NCBI GenBank assembly: GCA_965205015.1
Contig: OZ242029.1
Span: forward strand, 800,001 to 864,000
Source: Candidatus Poribacteria bacterium
Lineage (GTDB): Bacteria > Poribacteria > WGA-4E > WGA-3G
Direction of reading: 5' to 3'
Length of the DNA: 64,000 bases
Below, one piece after another: positions 58,201 through 64,000 of this stretch. Position numbers and translations under genes: made by a program. How positions within the stretch are numbered: position 1 is the first letter of the stretch; every line of letters starts with the position of its first letter. The notes under the pieces were generated by a model. It did no database searches, was not told where the DNA came from, and saw nothing but the letters and a program-made list of their open reading frames with translations.

Positions 58201-58343
58201 CGGATTCATGGTCGGCGCATGAGAAGCAGGTCGTTCTCGAATATGCGGATGCACCGCCCTGTCTCGAGTGCGGTGCCCTGATGATGAGAAGCGGGGTCTG
58301 CTATCGCTGCGCAAACTGCGGCGCAACGAGTGGATGCTCCTAA
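55209..58343 (+). CDS. nrdJ: Class II (B12-dependent) ribonucleotide reductase with TSCPD domain and Zn ribbon
   Basis: FNSPVWFN, SACFI, NPCSE, CNLAS, APTGT, AISKTVN, CLECG...CANCG. Confidence 0.95.
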   Translation: MTIDNPNGVEEEATSPKHYSGGNRVGLTFTPYFTTPGVHPYDLLDWERRDAVIYNEKGDVIFKQEQVEVPTDWTQLATDIASSKYFRKAGVPGAASEDSVRQLVTRVARTLRRAGEEFGGYFATPEDAEMFEMELTHILVTQRGAFNSPVWFNCGLWHEYHIEGGGGNYYWDRDAQAVKVTTNAYEHPQNSACFIQSVEDSLDSMLELQRAEVRLFKYGSGTGSNFSKVRAKGELLSGGGESSGVLSFLEGFDRWAGSIKSGGTTRRAAKMVILDMDHPEIADYIDWKLREENKAKALIAAGYPADFNGEAYSTVSGQNSNNSVRIPDDFMSAYLQGDSWKTTYRTSGEVADEYDARTLMEKIAYAAWACADPGVQFDSTIQKWHTCKNTGRINASNPCSEYLFLDDSACNLASINLAKFLRDDNTFDIEGFRATVRVFATAMEIIVDLSSYPTEGIAQRSHEYRPLGLGYANLGALLMRLGIPYDSDQAYAYAGAITAILSGKGYQTSAEIAGSMGPFAGYAKNSDSMLDVMRMHRDAAYSIDPTACPPDLLDAAQADWDTCVEKGERWGYRNSQISVIAPTGTISFLMDCDTTGIEPEFALVKFKKLAGGGYMKIVNQSVRDALHNLDYTLQQTEAIIKYLIGTGTFEGTPHINADTLKRKGFTLEDIARVAEMLPSAFDLNLAFAPGFLGEACLERLGITEEEAADPSFDLLSAIGFSEDEISIAEEVICGTGTVEGAPHLSPTHYAVFDCAVQCGKHGTRYIKHMGPLKMMAAVQPFISGAISKTVNVPHDATVDDIKTLYVEAWRRGVKCLAVYRDGSKGSQPLSTRSQQDAESETDETIADTLTERPIRKRLSDTRSSLTHKFSVGGHEGYIHVGFYEDGSPGEVFLRMSKEGTAVSGLMDSVAVLTSIALQYGVPLESLVNKFSHVRFEPSGFTSNPDIPMAKSIIDYVFRWLGTQFLTQEPQAGNMIDMDEEMVPPEELHPYGHGSNGETDSWSAHEKQVVLEYADAPPCLECGALMMRSGVCYRCANCGATSGCS

Positions 58344-58412
58344 TCTCTTTCGTAGCCGTCAGCCATCAGCAGTCGGCAGTCAGTTTCCAAAGATCATTAC
58401 GGCCCACACGCC

Positions 58413-58439
58413 GCTGGCGAGGTTTCAAACCTCGCCAGC
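58413..58439. repeat. Perfect hairpin after nrdJ (REP or terminator-like)
   Basis: gctggcgaggttt-c-aaacctcgccagc. Confidence 0.65.
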
Positions 58440-58709
58440 AAAGGATGAGGATAAACCGAATTATGCAAAACAGACCCAGCATTAAATTGCTTGCGCCTCA
58501 ACAGAAACGTCCGTTCGGTGCTGTAGGTTCACCAAAGCGTGATACCGTTAGCACAAGACTAACAAGCATTCCTACCTGCCCCCCCCCACTTCACACCCGT
58601 TAAGCGCGCCTTTACAGAAAACTTCATACAACTCGAACAACGGTTGCGGCTGCCTCCGTTTTTCCGCGCCTGCATGCCCTTCGGCGTATGTAAGGGATTT
58701 TTTTATCCT

Positions 58710-61700
58710 ATGAAGACAAAACTTTTCCCTCTGTTTCTCATAGGTGTCCTTCTCCTTCTCGTCCCGCTGCGTCAGGCGAGCTCTCAGAACGTGAACGTTC
58801 CTGATGCCAATTTAAGAGCGGCAATAGAGAGCGCGCTCTCTCTCAGTGCAGGTGACCCTATCACAGAAACAGCGATGGCGGGGTTGACAACACTGACAGC
58901 AAGCGGCGTGGGCGTGGAAGACCTCACCGGATTGGAATACGCGACAGGGCTACAGCATTTGGATCTCTCTTCCAACCCAATTACGGACATCAGCATCCTT
59001 ACACAAACCAACTTTCCGAATCTGAAGTCCTTAGACATAACGGATACATGGGTTCGGGATTTCTCGGCAATTGATGGAGAATATTGGACCAGGAAGTTTA
59101 ATGAGGATCAATCTAACAACAGACTATATATATGCAGTAATGCCTTAGAAAATTGGGATTACGATGGTAACAATGATGGCGATCCCCTGGGTAAAATTGA
59201 TCTGCAGACTTTTGATTGGATTGATCCGGCGGACTGGACGGCGAGCGATAGGGAGAGGATCAAGGAGCAACTCGAAAAACCTACCTGTGCGCCTGTGTTT
59301 ACACTGACCGGGGACGACACATCCGTTAGGTTAGTGGTCGATGCCGATGCAGACCTGCTGGGAACCAGAGGGACCGTAACCTACGTCTACCGTTATCGGA
59401 AGAGTGGTGAGAGCTGGCCCGACACGAGTACGGATACATTGACCCCTCTGTGGACAGGTGGTTTTCCTCATGCTACTCCACCGGGTGAAGACATGGAACC
59501 AAACTATCAAGGTGTTATTGAGCCCACACAGGTTGGCGAGGGCGGGCCCGAATATGCCGCTGACATCACGGGACTTGATCCGAGTGCCGTATACCATTTC
59601 CAAGTGTTCGGTTCCGTTTTCGCTCCGGGCAGCCCGAATCGTCAGATCTATCCACCCGGGAGTGAAGTAAAATGCTGGTCTACATCAGACCAATCAGTCG
59701 TAGACTGTCCGGAGGACCCGCCCCCCACGACAAGCATCCCTCACGGACTGACGGTACTGACGGTGACGTTTGCGGACTACCCTGAAGAGAAACCAGTTGA
59801 TGAATTGACGCTCACGATCAGATTCTCCGAACCCGTCATCGGTTTCGAGAAAGAGGACATCACGGTAGAGACAGAACTCACCAGCGGGAAAGGGGACGCA
59901 ACCGTGACAGACTTGACCCCCGAAACACCAATACACCCCGATAGACCCGACCCTGACCCCATACAGACCTACACCGCAACCGTGGCACTCCCCGACCGCG
60001 CAAGAGGCACCGTGACACTCATCGTCCGAGCAGATGCCGCAACCAACCCAACGGAGACGAGAGGTCCCGCTTCAGATACCCCCTCCGACCCCATCGAGTT
60101 CGGACGCAGACGTGTGATCGTCTGTCCACCATCTGTCGTGCCTATGGAGACAGTCATCTTCAACGAGTTTCGAAATGCTGAAAACGATACACACGACTGG
60201 ATCGAACTGAAAAACATCTCCGATGAAGACGTCTCTCTCGCCGAATGGGAGATCAGTCTTGTCGTCCCGCACGCCATCAGTCCGGCGGCACCGCAACAGG
60301 AAATCTTCGCAATGGATCGGGAGGTCGTCGCCTTTGGAGACTATACACTCCCCGCAGGGGGTATCCTGCTGATCGTCAATACCCACCCCAGTGAGACGGA
60401 TCTGATACGCGGGCAGGACATCGAAAATCCCAACCGCAACCCCGATCTCCTCCCCCACTATCTCATCGCACCGGAGATGAAGTTGCCGAGTACCCCGTAT
60501 CTGATCATCCTCCGGAGTGTGCGCGATAAGAACGGTCAACACGAAGGCTTTGAAGACCTCGCAGGCGATTACCACAAAGACGATGTCAACTACGCTACCA
60601 ACATCTGGCCCCTGCTCTGTACCCCTGTCTATACCGGCACAGAGGCACGGTTCACCGTAGGCGACATCTATCAGCGGGTCATGGTGCCAAAGTTTTCGTC
60701 AAGAACCCTGGACACCACGCCACAGCCGGAGAAACGCGGCTACCTGGAGGGTGCCTGGATCTTGAGCGACTATCACAGCGGGTTAGGCTATGACCCCGAG
60801 GCACCCCCCGAAAAGAGTCTCGGCACGCCGGGGTATCCGCTGCCGGGACAACCGACTGAAAAGGGATGGGGAAACATCAGTTTTTCTGAGGTGATGTATG
60901 CGACGAACGATAACGGAGGACTCTCGCAGTGGATAGAACTCTATAACAACACCTCCGAGATCGTGGACCTCACGGATTGGGAGCTCATGATTGAGGCACG
61001 CGACAGCAAAACCGTCCGACGCTGGACATCGCTTCGATTCAAACCGCTACACATCAGACCGAACGCAACCGTGCTACTGGTGGGGCGGAACGCCCGAACC
61101 TCAGGGAACATCCCTGCCGATCGGATTTACGATCTCTACCGTCGCAACATTGCGGCGTTTCGGCGACTCGGCGAGGGTGCGAACCGATTCCTCGGATGGG
61201 AGGGGTTTGCGCTGCGGTTGTTCTCCCCCGACGGCACTTTGGTGGATGTGGCGGGGAACCTCGATGGACGACAAACGCACGATAAACCGAAGTGGGAGTT
61301 GCCCGACGGGTGGACGGAAACCGGGACGCGTACCTCGTTGATCCGGGGGTATGATGCGCGTGTGCCACGGTTAGGGACGCTGTCGGGCAGTTTCGTACGG
61401 GCGGCGGATACAGCGTTGCTCAAGGGATATTCGTATTGGGGACTTCCGAACGATAATGGGACCCCGGGGTATCGGCGGGGGAGTCCGTTGCCTGTAACGC
61501 TGTCGAGTGTGCGTGCGGATCGTGCCGAGGGTGGGGTTGTAGTGAACTGGACGACAGCATCGGAGATGGAGAACGCCGGGTTTCATGTGCTGCGAAGTCA
61601 ACACCGAGCGTCAGGGTTCCTACGCGTGTCTCCGAGCCTGATTGCGGGTGCCGGGACGACGGCGGAGCGACAGAATTATATCTATCGAGATACCACGGTA

Positions 61701-61847
61701 CAACCGAATGTCCCCTATTACTACCGGATAGAAGAGGTCTCGTTATCGGGGGAACGTCGGGGGGTGGCGACTGTGCGGCTACGCGGGCACGTTTCAGCAG
61801 CGAATAAGCTGCTTTGGAAATGGGCGGATGTCAAAACCGAGAAGTAA
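58710..61847 (+). CDS. Secreted protein with internalin-like LRR, Ig/FN3-like and two lamin-tail-like domains
   Basis: Signal peptide; VPDANLRAAI, LTGLEYAT.L..LDLSSN; FSEPV.GF; IFNEF..WIELKN and SFSEVMY..QWIELYN; LPVTLS..WTTASE..NAGF. Confidence 0.75.
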   Translation: MKTKLFPLFLIGVLLLLVPLRQASSQNVNVPDANLRAAIESALSLSAGDPITETAMAGLTTLTASGVGVEDLTGLEYATGLQHLDLSSNPITDISILTQTNFPNLKSLDITDTWVRDFSAIDGEYWTRKFNEDQSNNRLYICSNALENWDYDGNNDGDPLGKIDLQTFDWIDPADWTASDRERIKEQLEKPTCAPVFTLTGDDTSVRLVVDADADLLGTRGTVTYVYRYRKSGESWPDTSTDTLTPLWTGGFPHATPPGEDMEPNYQGVIEPTQVGEGGPEYAADITGLDPSAVYHFQVFGSVFAPGSPNRQIYPPGSEVKCWSTSDQSVVDCPEDPPPTTSIPHGLTVLTVTFADYPEEKPVDELTLTIRFSEPVIGFEKEDITVETELTSGKGDATVTDLTPETPIHPDRPDPDPIQTYTATVALPDRARGTVTLIVRADAATNPTETRGPASDTPSDPIEFGRRRVIVCPPSVVPMETVIFNEFRNAENDTHDWIELKNISDEDVSLAEWEISLVVPHAISPAAPQQEIFAMDREVVAFGDYTLPAGGILLIVNTHPSETDLIRGQDIENPNRNPDLLPHYLIAPEMKLPSTPYLIILRSVRDKNGQHEGFEDLAGDYHKDDVNYATNIWPLLCTPVYTGTEARFTVGDIYQRVMVPKFSSRTLDTTPQPEKRGYLEGAWILSDYHSGLGYDPEAPPEKSLGTPGYPLPGQPTEKGWGNISFSEVMYATNDNGGLSQWIELYNNTSEIVDLTDWELMIEARDSKTVRRWTSLRFKPLHIRPNATVLLVGRNARTSGNIPADRIYDLYRRNIAAFRRLGEGANRFLGWEGFALRLFSPDGTLVDVAGNLDGRQTHDKPKWELPDGWTETGTRTSLIRGYDARVPRLGTLSGSFVRAADTALLKGYSYWGLPNDNGTPGYRRGSPLPVTLSSVRADRAEGGVVVNWTTASEMENAGFHVLRSQHRASGFLRVSPSLIAGAGTTAERQNYIYRDTTVQPNVPYYYRIEEVSLSGERRGVATVRLRGHVSAANKLLWKWADVKTEK

Positions 61848-61868
61848 TCAGGGGCATTGCGTGAGAAA

Positions 61869-61892
61869 TCGCGACCGGGAGGTCCCTCCTAC
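61869..61892 (-). repeat. GTAG-type REP
   Basis: GTAGGAGGGACCTCCCGGTCGCGA; 21/24 match to 38548-38571. Confidence 0.6.
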
Positions 61893-61945
61893 CGGGACAC
61901 ATCAGGAAGCGGATTAAATGCCTCTGCGACGGCACATTAATTTTC

Positions 61946-61974
61946 TTGCTTTAAGTTGACAGATAGGTTAAAAT
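61946..61974 (+). promoter_or_regulatory. Sigma70-type promoter of rnpB
   Basis: TTGCTT-N17-TAAAAT just upstream of P1. Confidence 0.6.
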
Positions 61975-61984
61975 AGAAAGGCTT

Positions 61985-62334
61985 GAGTTGAGTAGACGGT
62001 CGCGTCCCATCGGGATGAGGAAAGTCCGGACTCCACAGGGCAGGATGCTGGGTAACACCCAGGAGCGGCGACGCTATGGAAAGTGCAACAGAGAGGAGAC
62101 TACAACGCCTACTTCATAGACTCAGTTGGGCGTTGTACAGGTGAAACGGTGCGGTAAAAGCGCACCAGTCCATAAGGTGACTTATGGAGCTTGGTAAACC
62201 CCGTCTGGAGCAAGGTAAATGGGGGATATATACAGGTGTGCCCGCCTCGTCCCCAGGTAACCGCTTGAGGTGGATGGTAACATCCATCCCAGATGAATGA
62301 TCGTCATATACAGAATCCGGCTTATTCTCAACTC
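61985..62334 (+). ncRNA. rnpB: RNase P RNA, bacterial type A
   Basis: GAGGAAAGTCC, GGAAAGTGCAACAGA, GGTGAAACGG, GGTAAACCCC..GGAGCAA, ACAGAATCCGGCTTA; P1 gagttgag/ctcaactc. Confidence 0.97.
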
Positions 62335-63917
62335 AAGTCCTTTAACGAGAATCCGCCGCCGCCCGGCGTTTCTATCCGAATGACATCACCCTCGCGCGTG
62401 GAAACAGATACCTTACCCGCTAATGGAGTTTCTTCTCCATCAGAAATTAGAACGTTGCGCCCCGGTTTTCCGGGTTCACCGCCTTGCAAGCCGTAGGGAC
62501 CCCGTTTTCGCCGTTCCGACAGGAGGGTAACCTCCGCATCCGTAAGAAGTCGCAGTGCCCGAATGACGCCTGCACCGCCTCGGAACTTTCCTGTCCCGCC
62601 TGTTCCGCGTCGAATTGCATACGCCGCTACCTGCATCGGATAGTTCGTTTCGATCGCCTCTATAGGTGTGTTCATCGTATTGGTCATATGCGTATGGATG
62701 GCATCAATTCCGTCTCGGTCTGGGCGCGCGCCCATCCCGCCTGCAATCGTCTCGTAATAAGTAAAGTCCTTCCCGCGCGAAGCATCATACCCCCCTATTG
62801 TGATATTATTCATAGTGCCGGAACTCGCAGCGGGAATCTGATCCGGACAGGCTTGCGCCAACGCCCCCAGCAAAACATCAACAATACGCTGCGATGTCTC
62901 AACGTTTCCCCCGGCAACCGCTCCCGGAAACCTCGCGTTCACAACGGTTCCCTCTGGGGCAACGACTCGAATCGGCTCCAAACACCCAGCATTGGCGGGA
63001 ACGTCTGCACCGGCGATACATCGAAAAGCATAAAAAACAGCGGAGAGTGTAATCGCGTAAATCGCGTTCACTGAACCTCGAACCTGCGGGTCGGTACCAG
63101 TGAAGTCAACCAATGCCGTATCGTCTTCGATCTCAATCGCGACCCGTATCTCAATAGGTTCATCGGTGATCCCGTCATTGTCAAGCACATCGGTGTATGT
63201 ATAGCGTCCATCCGGGATTTCCCGAAGGCGTGCTCTGACCATCCGACTTGCGTACGCGCAGAGTTCCTGCATGTACTCCGTAATTTCTGGCGCGCCATAC
63301 TTGTCCATCATCTCCTGTAATCGCCGTTCACCGACGCGGTTTGCGGCGAGTTGCGCTTCCATATCGCCACGGCGTTCCTCAGGCGTACGGACATTCGCGA
63401 GGATGAATTCCCAGAGGTCGGTGTCCAATTCTCCACCACGGATGAGTTTAACGGGTGGAATTCGGATGCCTTCCTGAATAACACTCGTCGCAATCGGCAT
63501 TGAACCGGGGGTCATCCCGCCCACATCGGCGTGATGGGCACGATTCGCAACAAAAAAGACGGGTTTACTTCCGGATTCGTTCTCACTCTCACCCGAGAAG
63601 ACAGGCGCGACAAGCGTAATATCGGGGAGGTGGGTGCCGCCGCGATAGGGGTCATTCAGCGCGATCATATCACCCGGTGCCATCTCGGTATGGGCAATCG
63701 CAGCGAGAACCGAAAGTGGCATAGAACCGAGATGCACAGGAATATGCGCCGCTTGTGCAACCATTTTACCCGTGTTATCAAACACGGCACATGAAAAATC
63801 AAGCCGTTCCTTGATATTCGGTGAGAACGCCGTGCGTTGTAGCGTTACGCCCATCTCCTCGGCAACCGAGGTCAGCATATTCTTGTAAAGTTCAAGTTTG
63901 ATTGGATCAGCTGTCAT
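62328..63917 (-). CDS. Hydantoinase B / 5-oxoprolinase subunit
   Basis: SPNIKERLDFSCA, HIPVHLG, NDPY.GGTHLPD, HMTNT, TPGGGG. Confidence 0.93.
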   Translation of the reverse strand: MTADPIKLELYKNMLTSVAEEMGVTLQRTAFSPNIKERLDFSCAVFDNTGKMVAQAAHIPVHLGSMPLSVLAAIAHTEMAPGDMIALNDPYRGGTHLPDITLVAPVFSGESENESGSKPVFFVANRAHHADVGGMTPGSMPIATSVIQEGIRIPPVKLIRGGELDTDLWEFILANVRTPEERRGDMEAQLAANRVGERRLQEMMDKYGAPEITEYMQELCAYASRMVRARLREIPDGRYTYTDVLDNDGITDEPIEIRVAIEIEDDTALVDFTGTDPQVRGSVNAIYAITLSAVFYAFRCIAGADVPANAGCLEPIRVVAPEGTVVNARFPGAVAGGNVETSQRIVDVLLGALAQACPDQIPAASSGTMNNITIGGYDASRGKDFTYYETIAGGMGARPDRDGIDAIHTHMTNTMNTPIEAIETNYPMQVAAYAIRRGTGGTGKFRGGAGVIRALRLLTDAEVTLLSERRKRGPYGLQGGEPGKPGRNVLISDGEETPLAGKVSVSTREGDVIRIETPGGGGFSLKDLS

Positions 63918-64000
63918 TATGACGAAGGTGAGTTATATGGATGGATTGATATAGGTAGTTCAGATCCTCAAATCAGTAAGTGATTAAATCTTTAGTTCTT

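Noticed and set aside
55209-58343. Intein in nrdJ
   Set aside because: No splice-junction (C...HN) or LAGLIDADG motifs were seen; the length fits NrdJ with TSCPD
400-63794. Numerous short ORFs antisense to or nested in the called genes (e.g. 12056-12784, 62484-63074)
   Set aside because: Shadows of well-supported genes, with no motifs or SD
1-64000. CRISPR array, tRNA, rRNA, integrase or transposase
   Set aside because: No repeat-spacer periodicity, cloverleaf or recombinase motif was seen by eye

Overview
Bacterial genomic DNA of moderate GC. The gene families and intergenic repeats resemble Candidatus Poribacteria; this is an inference, as no marker gene was tested. The window has three parts. 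(1) 1-7.2 kb, minus strand: F0F1 ATP synthase operon (atpZ-I-B-E-F-H-A-G, a DUF1992 gene, then the start of atpD), with repeats in its spacers. (2) 7.4-49.3 kb: a ~42 kb island entirely on the minus strand. It holds five ECF sigma factors, an anti-sigma, a STAS anti-anti-sigma, five ABC exporters, four ABC-2 permeases, two MacB permeases, five DUF5694/TIKI-EreA-like hydrolases, an S9 peptidase and two CBM9/DUF5916 outer-membrane proteins. (3) 49.4-64 kb: metabolic and housekeeping genes (MDR dehydrogenase, aldolases, two Uma2, tyrS, nrdJ, an LRR/LTD surface protein, rnpB, hydantoinase B). The best candidate for an undescribed system is in the island. One ECF sigma is fused in frame to a truncated FtsZ GTPase domain, another to a full-length DnaN beta-clamp, and two more carry TPR-like extensions. 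All four fusions have an internal SD+ATG at the domain junction. Two repeated ECF-type promoter motifs (TGCAAC-N16-TGTAGTA and TGCAM-N18-CGTC) appear to link the island into a regulon of exporters and hydrolases. Domain calls are by motif recognition, not database search.
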